Origin: Schizosaccharomyces osmophilus
Taxonomy: Eukaryota
NCBI RefSeq assembly: GCF_027921745.1
Contig: NC_079238.1
Span: forward strand, 2,232,001 to 2,296,000
Reading direction: 5' to 3'
Length of the DNA: 64,000 bases
The notes beneath the pieces were generated by a model. It had not been told where the DNA came from. It was given only the letters and a program-made list of their open reading frames with translations, and ran no database searches. The stretch's first letter is position 1. Each line of letters opens with the position of its first letter. This document shows, one piece after another, positions 12,224 through 26,239 of this stretch. Made by a program: the position numbers and the translations under genes.

Positions 12224-15200
12224 ATGAGTGCTTCAAAGAGAGAGTTGAGTGAGCCATCTAATAATTCAACTGAGGTAAATTAAACCATAGAACGAAATTG
12301 AGGCAATTGCTAACATTGACCAGCAGAATGAATCCATAAAGGTGACCAACGATAGTAACGACACTTCAAAAAATGGCATGCAAAGTACTAATGACTCTGC
12401 TCATCGAAAACGCTTTAAGCCAGGTGTAGAACGGGAAGATTTGGAAAATCTTACTCTTTCGAAAACGAGTGCTTTTGACCTCCAAGCTATTGAACTGGTA
12501 AGAGAAGTTTCTGTCAGCAATAAGCATTCGAAAGCAGCTCTTTCTCTTGTTGAAAAGTTAAAGAAAGTTTTAAAAGATGTCCCAGAATCAGAGGAGTCCA
12601 ACTTTTGGCAAGCATGCAAAAAGTTAGAGAAGTCTGGTAGTGTCAAAGTGCCACTACACAAGCCTTTTCCTGCCGAAGACACGAACATTAAAGTGAAGTC
12701 TTCAAGTCCATTATCTATTTCTCCTGGTATTCTGTCTTGCAGTGGAAAGCATTTTTCAACTCCGAATGGTTGGGTGTATGATCTGCTGGTTGAGATGCCT
12801 CAGACACTATTCACACCGAAAGATTTTTTAAATAATCGCTATTTTCATAAGCGTCAATACTATCTAGCATGTTTGGCTAAAGAGATCGTCCAAAAAGTGG
12901 GCAGTGATGTTGAGCTTAAGTACATCGCTCTACATGGGGATGCGCGACGACCCATTTTACAAATAAAACCAGTAAATGAAGATTCGTCGGCACGTAGAAG
13001 ATTTTCAATTCACATAATACCTTGTCTTGCTTCCTTTTTTCCGACATCTAAGTTGCTGGCCCATAAAAATTGTTTAAGAAATCTTTTGGCCGAGGAGGAA
13101 TCGTTTCCTACTCCGTTTTATAATGCTTCAGTTTTGGAGGATCAATCTATGTTATATTATCGAGATTTGGTCAAAAAATACAGTGTTAACCCTCAATTTG
13201 TAGAGGCTTGCGGATTGGGTAGTGTGTGGTTGAACATGAGAGGCTTCTGCTCAAGCATGCATCAGTATGGTTTTGGCCTTCAAGAATGGTGCATAATGCT
13301 TGCTCTTCTTATGAGTGCATCCGGACTTCCCACAGGCAGCGTTTTGTCTGCGTACTTGAACGCTACTCAGCTGTTTAAGGGTGTTTTGCAAATTCTTTCC
13401 TCGGATAGTCTATCAAATTCATTACACAAGGTAAATTATGACACATCTCCTTTGACTATTGTTGACCACTCTTCACCTACGTTTATTGATTGTTCTACCG
13501 CTCTAAACTTACTTTATAAAATGAACCAAACATATCTTGATTACTTAAAGGCCTCATCATTGCATTCATTGAAACTTTTGAATGAGAACGAAATTGCCAA
13601 TTTCCCTAAGGTTTTTCTTACCCGAGTAAATGTTCCTATCCTTGAATATGATCTTTCTGGTACCATTCCTGTGCAATTAAAAGCAAATTTTGACAATTAC
13701 ACCGAATTGACGGATTTGGATTCCAAATTTTCTTACTATATGTCACAGCTTTGGCATATATTGCAACAGGGTTTAAATGACCGAGTGAATAGGCTTGTTT
13801 TATTCCAGTCGGAGGTTATTTCATCCGGGGTAAAGGATTCGTTAGAAAACAATTATCCAAGTAAAGTTTCATTTGGAATTTTGTTAAATCCAGAAGTTTC
13901 TTTACGGTTGGTGGATATTGGTCCATCTCTAGAAGACGCTGAATCTACTACGAAGTTTCGCGAATTCTGGGGAGAAAAGGCTGAACTAAGAAAGTTTAAG
14001 GATGGTAGAATTGCTGAAAGTGTATATTGGGAATCTTCAACACCTAGTGAGCGTTCTCAAATTCCTATGCAGATTCTGAAATATGTTTTGAATCGTCACA
14101 TATCAAACCAATGCGGTGATATGGTGAAGTTCCATAATGAAGAGTTTCAACTCTTTAGTCATGCTAAATTGTCGCCAAATGTTGATACATACAATGATTA
14201 TGTGCCGGTAACGGAAGCTTATAATGAAGCAGTTAAGACACTTCACAATTTATCCGATATCCCTCTTAGTATATCAGAAGTCCTCCCTGCAGATGAAGCA
14301 TTAAGATATAGTTGTAGTCGTGTTCCTGGCTATGACACCTTTGCGACTACACCTATAAACATCGTTTTCCAGTTTGAATCCTCTTCTCGTTGGCCAGATG
14401 AATTAGAGGGCATTCAAAGAGCAAAAATTGCGTTTTTGCTAAAATTGGCTGAATTGATGGAAGAATCGGAAAATGTTGAAAAGGCAGCTGTAGGACTCGA
14501 GAATACGGATTATCCCGCTTTAAATTGCTGTTTTCTACAAGTGTTATATGCTAATGGATTCACATTTCGTTATAGAATTCGAAATGATAGAGAAGCCGCT
14601 TTGTGGAAAACACTTTTAAAAAATCCTGTAACAAAACAGAAAGGACAAGAAGGTCTGTACATATATGACCATATGTTTAAATTCATACCTCAACATACCC
14701 TTGCTATTCAGGCTATTTGTCAAGAACACCGGAGTTATTCTATGGCCGTTCGCCTTGCCAAGCATTGGTTTTATAGTCATCTGCTTACCAATCACGTAAG
14801 CGACGAAGTGATTGAACTTTTAATAGGAAGTGTCTATGTAAACTCCAACGCTTGGCAGGTTACTGCCAGTGGAGAAACAGCCTTGTGTAGAATGTTGCAT
14901 TTCTTGGCCAACTGGGATTGGCGTTTTGAACCGCTGGTAATCGATTTCCGTCAAAGATTACCCATAAACATACAGTCACAAGCAACTGAGAAGCTAGAAA
15001 GTTTGCGAAAACAGGATGTGTCCATGAATCGAAATCCGTTTTATATCGTCGTGGATTATGATTTAGAAAGCAAGCATGTTGGGTGGAAAACACCAACTAA
15101 GATGATTGCCAATCGGATTACTGTATTGGCTAGGGCAGCTGTATCTGAATTGATGAAACCAGTTACAGATTTCAAGGTGAGTAACTTCACACCATTTAAT

Positions 15201-15634
15201 GTTGTTTTACAATTTGTTTACTAATTATTTTATAGTCTTTGTTCAGTAGCTCAATGGACGCATATCATTTTGTGATCGAATTACATGCAGCTCATATCCC
15301 TACATACCGTGAAAACGCAAAACTCAAGTATAAGAACTTGAAGGCTTTGTCCACTGAGAGGCCTGGATTCTCCCCAGTCAGCGCTTTTATTGAAGAAATA
15401 GAAAATGCTTTCAATGATTCAATCTATTTGTTTTACAACAAAGATGACCCGAAGACAATTGGTGGTATATTTAATCCCGCCATTATGAATCCCCGTCATT
15501 TTAAAATTAATATAAACTATCCATTTAAGGTTGTTGAAGAGGATTTAGTGGTTGTGGACACGGCCGCCGTGTGTCAACAAATCCAGCAGGTCGGTGGTGA
15601 TTTGATCAAGTCTCTTCGCTTGCAAATTCAATAG
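12224..15634 (+). CDS. utp22: Nrap/Utp22 SSU processome component. Exons 12224-12274, 12324 (or 12327)-15176, 15236-15634
   Basis: KDFLNNRYFHKRQYYLA, FREFWGEKAELRKFKDGRIAESVYW, FESSSRWPDELEGIQRAKIAFLLK. Confidence 0.94.
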
Positions 15635-15973
15635 AGGACTGGCGAGGAATACAGACTTGGCGGGTTGATTCTTTCATAATTGCAAGCTGAAAATAGATAT
15701 CAGTAAGAAGGGAAAGCCGCGATTATCGAAACGAAAGGGCTCGTTTTTATTATTTCTTTATTTTGGAGTTAGATACGGAAAAAAATTTTGGGACTGGTTT
15801 AGATTAAGGTTAATTTTATTTTTAGTATACTCAGAATTATGATAGCCTATTCATGTAAAATAAGGAAGAATTTAGCGATTCAAAATATATGCATTGGTTA
15901 CTTCACGCAAAGTAAGTAAATTGAGAACTAGTACATACAAGAAATAAAATGAGCAAATCTTGGCGAGATCATT

Positions 15974-16837
15974 CTACTTAACAAAGTCGCGAACATTTTC
16001 CAACCAACGAACGTACTCCTTAAGTTCTTTGGTTAATCCAAAAGAAATGACAAAGGAAGCTGTTTCAGAATCAATGTGACGCTCTTCCAAGAAATTATGG
16101 AAGAGGTCTTGAAGCTCAGGGTCCAATTCCTTAAAGGAAGGGCCAAGATATTGTTTGCGGCGAGACCACTCAGCCTCGACGCTGTCCGAAGTTAAAACGT
16201 TGGTATCTTTAGAGAAGAAAATGTTTTCGATTTCGAAGCCTTCATCATAAGCCATAGCTTCAAAAGCTAAAACACCGACATTAGGATTCACAACTTCAAC
16301 GGTACAAGGTTGGAAGCGACCCAACGCCTCAGAAGTACCGACTTCGTCTTCTGGGATCTCTTCAATGGGCTGTTGTTGACCTTTGTTATCATATTCTTCA
16401 AATTCACTCAATTCCTTATCCTCTATGGCGGGCTCTTGAGTATCGTCAGAGACATTGAACTTGATATAGATACTAAGAAAAAGTTAGCAAATCTCCATAG
16501 AAATAGATATTTATTCGTACGTTTCATCACCCTTCTGTGTTTTCAACTTCACAGTAGCATCTCCACGGATGTCCTCAATTTCATACGGGATAGGAGGTAA
16601 AGAAGTGTCGGTCAAAACGTGTTTCTTTTCGTATTCAATTTCAGACTCCAAAGCAGCTAACAAATCTTTTCTGGAATCAGTTGAAGCCATACGAATGCCC
16701 AAAGGAGCTCGGGCAACAGGTTGGCATCTCTGCAAACGTGCAACTCTAGGAGAAGCAACAGCCCGGTAGGTAGAAAATTGCTTGAAAATAGCCTGAGTAG
16801 CTACTCGGAAACGAGGAAAGGTCCTTACAAAACTCAT
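15974..16837 (-). CDS. mam33: Mitochondrial acidic matrix protein Mam33 (C1QBP/p32 family). Exons 16837-16521, 16472-15974
   Basis: Basic N-terminal presequence; LESEIEYEK; YLGPSFKELDPELQDLFHNFLEER...KELKEYVRWLENVRDF. Confidence 0.92.
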
Positions 16838-17562
16838 ATCTGAGTGATTATCGTTAGACTGAAAAATTCAGAAGATAATGCTATGAGCTGGTTGGATTTC
16901 AACATATAACAGATATTTTCTAAATTACACAAAATGCCTTCTTACTGTAATATAAATATGAACTTCTTTATAATATCGTACATGAATAATACTTAGCGCG
17001 ATATTTAGAAAGTAGCATGAACACGTCAATATAAGCTTGCATTGAACGTGCATTTGTGATTTTCGTTTTCGGAGCAATGATACAGTTGTACGTGTAATTA
17101 ATGTTATAACTGTTTTTGAAACAAGAAAAGAATCAGTAATTTGTTGCTGTATTGTCAAGAGAATGCCCTAAGGATATTTTTAAGAAATAACGTGTCGACC
17201 TGCTGTCATTGCTTGATAAATATCACGAAAAGCACATCTTTTTATTATTGATAAAACTTTTGGTTTGAATTGTAAAAAAAAAAAGTTCAAACAAATTCGC
17301 GTTTTCCTGTTTCTAAAATATCCACGCGGCGGCTGGTATGTCCTTTCGGTCGCGTCGAGACGAGTCATAAATCAGTAACTCAAATCCTTCTCATATCCTT
17401 CTATATTCATTTTGCTTGATTTGGGTTAATTAATATTGTTAAATAGTCGGTATTGATGGTTCAGTTCTTGTTTATTCTTGTATATTAGTTTTTTGTCTTA
17501 CCTGTGTTTTCCTTAGTTTTGCATATCCTTTCTTCTTTTATACTTCTTAAAAATCCTCCTAC

Positions 17563-19505
17563 ATGAGTATCAATTATATTTTCACTGCTGTTTTCGATCC
17601 TGATCAAGGCCCCGTTTTGCAATACCAGTTTCCTCAAACGAGTCGCTATGACTTCCGATTTCTTGCAGAAATAATGTTACCTGATAGGATTCACGAAAGA
17701 AATGAAGATTGGCTTCAGTTCTTTCTTCATTTTCGTGAGGATTCTCAATCATATTCTCTCTTTCCTTCAGTAACCAAGGCTATCAAAGGACCAAATGGCT
17801 CGGAAGTTTTTCACGTCCTGAATGTAATCCATACAAAGCGTGAACGATTTGCTAAACGAAACGGTACATTGTCCGCAATGGCTATTTGTACTTCTTTTCC
17901 TCACGTCCAAGTATTAAAACCGATGTTAGATGATGCTTGGAAACGTTTTGATGCTTCACCTTCTTCCCTAACCTTAGAACATGTATTTAAGGAAGTCTGC
18001 GACTATGATTTTCATACATATTTATTAGATGCCTCTTTAAATTCTTCGGTTATACTGACTCTAAATGACTTCTACCGTTATGTTGATTCAGAATCCCGAA
18101 CTCAAAAGTCTTCTTTAGTGAGATCTACCAGTCATTCCGGCTCCTTCCTCAATTCTGATGATTCTTTAAAAATTCCGCCTACGAAACTTCCACTGAGTAG
18201 TTCGGCTAATAATAAATCAAACATTACTACCTGTGAAATCCCTACTATCTTCCTACCCGAGTGCGTAGGTGAATATAATATTTCCAATCTAATTCAAATA
18301 TTCATCGATAGTCCTCCTCCTCTATCTACGTATACCTCCAATCTACCTGCTGATGAAGGTCATACGAATCCTATCATTGTTCTCATCAACTCCCTACTTC
18401 TACAAAAACGAGTCCTGTTTCTCACTAGCAAGCTCCCAGCACATGTGTTAACCTCCTATGTTTTATCTGCTAGTGCTTTGGCTTCCGGGGCTTCGGGCTT
18501 ATTACAAGGGTACTTGAACATGACTTTCCCGTATGTGGATTTGTCGAACGTCGATGAGTTATTGAAACTTCCAGGTTATATTGCAGGAGCAATGAACCCG
18601 ACCTTTCAATATCATCAAAATTGGTGGGACTTGCTTTGCGATTTAGATAACCACATCATTCATGTATCACCTGAACTTATAAAGAAAAATATAAGCTTTA
18701 AAAATTTGGAACTAATTGCTTCAGTACCTTATAATCAGTTTCCTCCAACAAGGAAGTTGAGGGAACATACCGAACAGCAATTGATAAGTGATTTACAGAA
18801 ACTGCTAGTTTGTCGAAATAAGGAATTACTCGTTCGCTGGAGAATCCGAACTCACTTGTTATCGTTCATTAGAAAGGCAGTAAGCTATGAGCATCTATTC
18901 TTGGAATCTTCTTCACTTAATCCCCATATAGAGAACTACAAATTAGAAGGCTTTGGCTGGTTTTGGCCAGACCGTATTTCAGGAGTGAACGAACTATCTC
19001 TCATGGCTGGGAAAATTGAGGAATGGAGAAAAACTAAATCTTACGAAAATTATTGTTATGTATGTTCGTTTTCTTTAAGTTGCAAGCTAACATGCACAGA
19101 GAATGGCAAACACACACATACCGGTTACGTTATGCATGGATGTTGCTTACCATTTAGATAGACTTCGTCTTCAGATTGTGTCTTCTGTGGAAGCTGCTCG
19201 TATTTATTCGGCATTGGAACAGTATATGAGGACAGACGAAGATATAACTTATATACTCAGTTTATGTCCCCTCCATGAAGGGGGGTTGACTATAATTTCG
19301 TATGGACTTTATCATATATCAACCACTACTCGTGAAAATGTTGTAAGGATATTAGAAAAAATCAGTCGACACAAGGTATGGAATAGGCGGTTGCTTAAGT
19401 ATTATCATATTTGGGCTAACCATATAGTATGGGCAATTGTTTTTCACATGTTTATCAGAAGTTGATAAAATAATGTATGCTTCGATGAAAACTTACTTGG
19501 AGTAG
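17563..19505 (+). CDS. Afi1/MesA-like DENN-related polarity protein (Afi1 plus SPA domains; SPBC776.06c-like). Exons 17563-19059, 19100-19375, 19428-19505
   Basis: YIFTAVFDPDQGPVLQYQFP...LAEIMLPDRIH; NPIIVLINSLLLQKRVLF...FPYVDLSNVDELLKLPGYIAGAMNPTF...WWDLLCDL; two consensus introns keep frame to TAG at 19503-19505. Confidence 0.85.
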
Positions 19506-19647
19506 TTTTATCTTATATACTTCTCTACCACGATTCCTGATAAATTAAATTTAAGGATGAAAAATGACTGAAGGTTCATATATTGATAATATTATAACTA
19601 ATTTATTGCGATTTTTCCACACAAGGTATTCAAAGCATTAATGGACT

Positions 19648-21174
19648 TTATTTTACTTTGGAACTGTTTGAATTTTCTGGATCTAACTCGCTGGATGGAG
19701 AGGAGCGTGAAGGATCATTAGCGATTTCACGTCTCAATGCTTCCAATTCTCTTTGAAATCGCATACCAAAAACGTCGACTAATTAAATGTTAGAATTTGT
19801 TGGTCAATTGTTCCACTTACTATAATAAGATGCGCCATTCCATACTGACCAACCAAAAATGACAACCAAAAAAGCAGTAGAATAGACTTTGTTATTGTAC
19901 CAAATAGAGCATGGACACATGGTAGTAATAGAATATAAATATTGAAGAACCATAAAAGCGAAGGGTCGAAGATTTTCAGGCAACGCGTTTAATGCTTTTC
20001 CTAAAGTCGTCTTAGAGTAGCTGGCAAAAATGTTAGTCATGAGTATATGTATTTTTAGACATACGCTTTTGACATCCACGTAAAGGAAGTAGGTTTTCCT
20101 GCCTGAATTTCTTTACGCTTTCCGACTTGAATGAAAAAGTAGTACCATATCTGCCATAAAGCGTATGATATAGACGCGATTTTTAATGAAGATCCCAAAT
20201 AAATATTAGGAACATTTGGTATAGCTGGAAACCGTTCCTCGAGAAGGGATGGATTGACTAAATGGACTAGTGTATGTAAAACTAGAGGAGGGAAAAAATG
20301 AATAAATAGACTCGTAATTTTATCACTAATATTGTTAGAGAATAGAAACTTCAAGTGAACATACAGAGAATGGAATAAAAGACTGTTTCGCCAAGCTACA
20401 ACTGACCAAGCAAGAGTGCCGTAACTCACGGAGTAACTCAAAACAAAGAACCTGCGACTGAAGGGAAATATCCATATGTAAGCTAGTAGCTATTGACAAG
20501 TCAGATTATGTATTCGTATTTTAAAAAATAATAAAATAAAAAGATTTCATACCATAACATTCCCCCAATAACAAAAATCAGCAATGAAGTAAACATAGCC
20601 TTTACGATGGTATGTATAGTACCTGATTTTAAAGTTAGCAAATAATAAACGAAAATTTGAGTACCTTAGTGGAAGGAAAATGAGGAGCTGAATTGTGTAC
20701 CATATATGAATATACTCTGGAGCCATTCCCAAAAGTAAGGCCGTCAGAATGGAGGTACTAACTCCTAAAACAAATGATACTTTGTCGCGAAAACGGACCA
20801 TCTGACCGGAATTCCATTTTGCTTGTAACTCATCAATGGAATGTCCAAACTTTTCCTTCAATTTCTCAGACTCTTGGTTGAGTTGCCGATGCAAAGGCTG
20901 CAGTTTGTTCCTTTGACGACTTACGCCATGGCGAAGCTTTGAATTGGTTATTAGTACGGCATATTTAAATAAAAGAAGAGAAACATACCTGTCCCTTTTT
21001 CTGCTTATAATGGTTTTGTAACCAGGAGTACACCCGAAAAAGGTTTGGAACGTCTACAAGATCCGAAATGCCTAATGAGTTGTTGAGTCCATGAAGGGCG
21101 TATCTATCATTTTCATCAAAAATAGAATATTCAGACTCAGTATCTGAATCATACTCAAACTCGTCACTGTTCAT
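19648..21174 (-). CDS. gpc1: Glycerophosphocholine acyltransferase Gpc1 (DUF2838). Seven exons: 21174-20989, 20936-20665, 20622-20553, 20489-20365, 20325-20065, 20020-19821, 19778-19648
   Basis: RDKVSFVLGV, YFIADFCYWGN, WRNSLLFHSLDKITSLFIHFFPP, TSFTWM and WNGASYYIDVFG appear after splicing. Confidence 0.88.
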
Positions 21175-21750
21175 CGTATTTAGCTACGTTAGCGACGCAA
21201 CGTACAGTAAGCGCTTGGAATAAGAACTATCAAATGAATTTAAAGATTGTTTTGAATAATTTAACCGGTGGTATGAAGGGATGCACTTGTTCGTTTTTAT
21301 TTCGTGTGAGGAATAGGTTCGGTGACTACATAATTCACTGTAAAGAGTAAGTATTCACTTAGTGATTTAACGCATTGGTTTGACAAGGATGAAGTTGAAA
21401 CGTCTCAGATTCTTAAAAAAAAAAGAAAAGAAAAAAAGGTATAAATAGGTATCAAGCATACATACATCGATTGTCTTGCCCAGATTGAAAACACCTTGCC
21501 ATACGTAAGCATTAGATCCTGAAAACGAGTTCTAAAAAGCTCTCTATATTTAATATCCTACTTTACTTTTTCTGCAATGGAGATTTGTTTTAAATCGCAC
21601 TGCTTCTTACTAAAACTTGAGGCCTCTAAACAAGTCTACATTACACTCTATTTGTTTGTGACGCTGTCTCAACGATTGCTGGGAAACGATCCTCAGCAAC
21701 CTAAGTAGATATATACCAAATAAATGATTCATACTAATTTAAACAATAAT

Positions 21751-24296
21751 TCATGATGCTACTACCATTTTTCGTAAATGTTCCATAAACTTTTGCAAGT
21801 TAACATCATCGGTTAGGACAGGTTCAGAATTGTCCGACATGCTATGATAAGGCGATGATTCAGCAATAGACACTGAAGGATTAATCCTAGACAACAAAAA
21901 TCTAGCTTGACTACCTCCTTGGTCACAAACAATAAATCTCGGAATAGGAAAACGATCTGCCAAGAGTTCCGTTACTTCAACTTTTGGTGCCAAAAGAAGT
22001 TCCTTGATGTTAGTGTACTCTGGTAAATCTTGATAGCCAGCATTCCTCCATTGAGCAATTATTGATCCATGGAAAATTAAAATATGGAAGAATGTGTCTA
22101 GTAACAAAATCGCATCCGACTTGATTGAAATTGAGTCAAGCAAAACAGGAATTCCTTCAGGACAATCCAAGCTGTAAGATTGAAGAGTAGGTTGTATCAT
22201 AATCAATGAGTCCATCACGTCGGAAAAATTCAATGTATGGCGATAAAAAGATGTTTCGTCGGGAGAGTTGTTAAAAACTTGAAGAAATTGACTACGACGA
22301 AGATGGAACATAAATTGAGGAAATAAGGTGAAATTTGGCAAAAGACGGAAACTCATTGGGTCCCCCTTTCTGTAATCAGCAAAATTTTGACAAAGTCTAA
22401 TTAAAGTGCGATCAATCCATCTAGCTACGCCATATTCATCATCGTTATGGCATTTGAAGAGTGCCATACGAGCTATCAATGCGGCAGCCGCTTCTTGATC
22501 AAATGAATCTGATATGCTTTTGGCGTGACCAGTTATAAAAGAGCGTGAAATTGTTGTGACACGAAGTCGATAAGTGCCGGAAGTATGTTGATATAACGTT
22601 AGAAATTGAATATATGATTGTGCAGGATGTTGAGAAGCAGGATTATTCATTTCTTTGCTCAAATCAAAGTATATGGCAAATGTTGACTTTGGAGAGATTG
22701 TAGAAATTCTCCATGAATCCGTTCCGCCTATCCCAATCACATTATCACTGGTATTATTACTCTTTTTTCCTTCGCCCAATCCATTACCAATCATGCCACA
22801 GACGTTTAATCCCTTCGAGGTTATGACATCCAAAGTAGAAGTAAATCCCATTCTGAGATATCCAAACTCATCTGCATTGAATAATCTCTGGTAACTTTGT
22901 TTGAAGATGGACGTCGAGAAAGAATCCGAAAGTACAATGTGCCCACCGGTATAGTTGACGAGGCTTTCCATTTCCATGATTCCTACCTGATCCAAGCAGC
23001 CTGCGAAAATATCGACAGTATGGCCTAGTTCGGATAGTCGTTGAGCCTCCTCCTTGTAGAATCGTCTTGCTTTTTTAAAATGCTTTGCTTTATCATTTTC
23101 CAATTCAGAATGGGAGCGCATGGGTTCCTTCAATTCGACTGAAACAACCTGTCCAGGACCCACGGTGCAAGGGCCACCAGCAAACAACTCAATTCGAGCA
23201 CCACTTTTAGGAAATGCTATTTCTAAAAGAGTTGCTGATATTTTTAGAGCCGAACCAGTACACCTCAGAGCACGCTTACCGAGTGGAACAGGTGATGGAT
23301 CGGGAGAAAGCTGCTCAAGAATATTCAAAAGATGCAATTCACATTGCTGAACAGGTAAGAGAAATCGGGATGCAGCACCTAAGTTTAGTGTGACGCCGGT
23401 ACCTTGGATAGTGGTTTTGGAGACCATAGGGCGGAATTGTCCTCCAGATAAGCCGAGTAAATACTGAAGCTGCATACTAGTGTAGTTTGTATCAGGTTGG
23501 AAACAAAAAGACTTGGGGATGGCATGGAAGCCGATTTCATGAACCTGAATTACAGAGCCAAAAGTAACTAAGCCTATAATTGCATCTGGAGGAAGGAGAC
23601 TGAGACTGACAATGATGGCATCCTTCATGGCCTGAAGTTCAGATTCAGAAACGGCAGTATCGACAAGGAATAGAAACACGGGAGGAGCCTTGACTGGACG
23701 GTTTAAAGTATATTCCATGGTCGTATTTTGACTGAGAAGTTCCAAAGGTAAATTATTGGTGGAAATGTCATGATATTGAGGAGGAAGAGAGTTTCTTTGA
23801 AAACAAAACGGACCTAGAAACAAAGTTAGCTTCATCTATTCAAGAGCATAATTCGTTTGAAGCCACTGAGCCCAAAGAACTACTCAGTCTTTCGACTGCT
23901 GCACTACTGACAGACACTCCTGAGTAACATATAAAGGACTTTACGAACGAATCTTCAATTTACTTACAAATCCAAAACCTCGCGCGTAAGTCTACATTAC
24001 TAAACATCGTCAGCTAAGCTTCCTAGCAAATGTCCTTGGTCCATACCAGTAAGGATTCATGACTGCTCGGCATGGAGCCCGACAGGTGATGGGTTCATAA
24101 GGAGCGGTAACAAGGTCGGGTTTTTGATGCAAAGGAGTGTACATAGCGCCAATGGGGATTACCGCTCTTGCGGTTTCTGCTGTTGTAGCAGGAAACATAT
24201 TCCAAGACAGACGAATTCCTGGAAAAAGCACATTAGAGAATTAAATTGACAGAAGATTCACTTACCATCTTGATCTTCTATTGATTCAAAATCCAT
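21751..24296 (-). CDS. sec2302: COPII coat subunit Sec23, second paralog. Exons 24296-24266, 24218-24047, 23999-23968, 23813-21751
   Basis: [20 protein letters not shown]; zinc finger completed by WICPFC across a junction; [27 protein letters not shown]. Paralog identity from divergence and recalled synteny. Confidence 0.93.
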
Positions 24297-24941
24297 TTTC
24301 CCCCTTCGAAACAGGGCTCTTAGCCTTTCTTTTGTTGTATGGATGAAAGCATTTCCCTCTTATTCAGTTGGATCACATTGTATGGGACATAACGATATTG
24401 TTTACACAACGCTAAGTAATTTAGTGAAACTATAATGAGCTGCTAAGTAAGGATACAGAATGTTACCACAGTGTTGCTAAATGCACTCTCAAGGAATGTA
24501 AGTAGTTTTTGTAAATATTAGAATTGCTGGATGTTATTATATACTTTTGTTTTTATTAAAATAGATATTGGATTTTGCTAATAGGAAGTAATACGGTGCG
24601 TACAGTAGGCATCTGGTTGTGCAGAAAAAAGGGAATGGAATGTACAGCATTTAGGTGACAAAGCTGTTTATATCGCTGTGTAGATTCTTCTGTTGGATGG
24701 TTGGCTTCTTCTTGTGAATTGAAAAAAAATTGAAAGGATATTGCTATTATGCTTTTACGGCGTGCAGACTTTACGCATAAAAAAAAAAGCCTAGAAAAAC
24801 AGAAAATATTCTCATTGGTGTGTGTACAAGAGGAAATTCAAGTGGGAACGCCTTGCAACGAAAGAGCTATAAAACAAACCAATATTTTATTTCTTCAAAA
24901 TCTAAATAAAATCCAAAATGTCATCATCCAAAAGTAAATGT

Positions 24942-26239
24942 TCAAGCGCTAGGAGCATCATGAGCACGAACTTGAGACATAATCTTGATCATATCACCAA
25001 GAACACCAGCAGCAGTGACGGCGGGACCAGCACCAGCACCAATAATGACAAGAGGGCGTGCTTGATAACGTTTGGTAGTGAAAGCAATAATGTTATCAGA
25101 GGATTGGAGGTTAGCAAAAGGGTGGGAGGCATCGTACTTTTCAAGCTTAACCAAGGTTGACTTGTTGACAACATCGGCTTCACCAACGAAACGAACAACC
25201 TTTCCTTCCTTCTCAGCTTCGTCGCGGATCTTGGCAAACTCAGCATCGTAATTGGGCAAGCCAGCCATAAACTCATCGGCATTCACGGCAGATTCCAAAG
25301 GCTTAGGAATCAAAGATTTGACAGGGAAGGAACTGGGAGAGTCTACTTGAACACCGGCAAGACGAGACAAAATAGTGACTTTACGAGCAACGTCCATACC
25401 GTTCAAATCGTCACGAGGATCGGGTTCAGTGTAGCCATTTTCTTTGGCGACTTTGACTATATCAGAGAAAGAGGCAGTGCTCTTCTTGCCGTTGGGAGAC
25501 CAAACATTGAAAATGTAAGATAAAGTACCAGAGAAAATACCTTCGACCTTGAGAATTTCATCACCAGTAGCAATGAGTTCCTTGAGTGTGGAGATGATAG
25601 GCAAACCAGCACCAACGGAAGCCTCGTGCATCAAATGAGCATTGCTTGTCTTGGAAGCCTCGACCAAAGAGTTATAGACATCGGCATCTGCAGAGAAACC
25701 CTTCTTGTTGGGGGTAGCGATGCTAATGTTCTTGGCCAAAAACTTGGGGTAAGAGCTAGCGACGAGCTCGGAAGAAGTGTTGTCAATCATGATGGCAGGA
25801 AGAGGAGAACTCGAGAGGAAATCGAGCAAAATGTCAACGGAGAGAGCACCTTGGTTTTGGGCATGCAAACTTCTCCATTGGGTCAAATCAATGGGTTTGT
25901 AGTCCTTGGAGACACAGTAACCCCTTGTGCTGGTGATGGCGACTACGTTGAAGGAAGGAGTACCATTTTTGGAGGCCTTGACATTAAACTCCTTGATTTG
26001 GTTCAATAATTCACCACCAATGGTACCAGTACCTTAGACAATGGTTAGTAAGGAGGGTAAAAGAAATAAGAGAGAAAATATAATGGTAGACAATGGGATG
26101 CAAAGATACATTGGTGATATAGATTCCCTAGTTCCTTTATCCTTTTATTTTTGTTTCAAAAAACAAAAAGACAACCCAAAAAATATAAGGCTTACTTACC
26201 AATAATAGCAACGTTTACGTTTGTTCTTTCAGCAGTCAT
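24942..26239 (-). CDS. hom6: Homoserine dehydrogenase. Exons 26239-26200 and 26032-24942; an alternative in-frame ATG lies at 26431 (see findings)
   Basis: Splicing gives VAIIGTGTIGGEL (Rossmann motif); HEASVGAGLP, GIFSGTLSYIF, GYTEPDPRDDLNGMDVARK, GAGAGPAVTAAGV. Confidence 0.96.
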
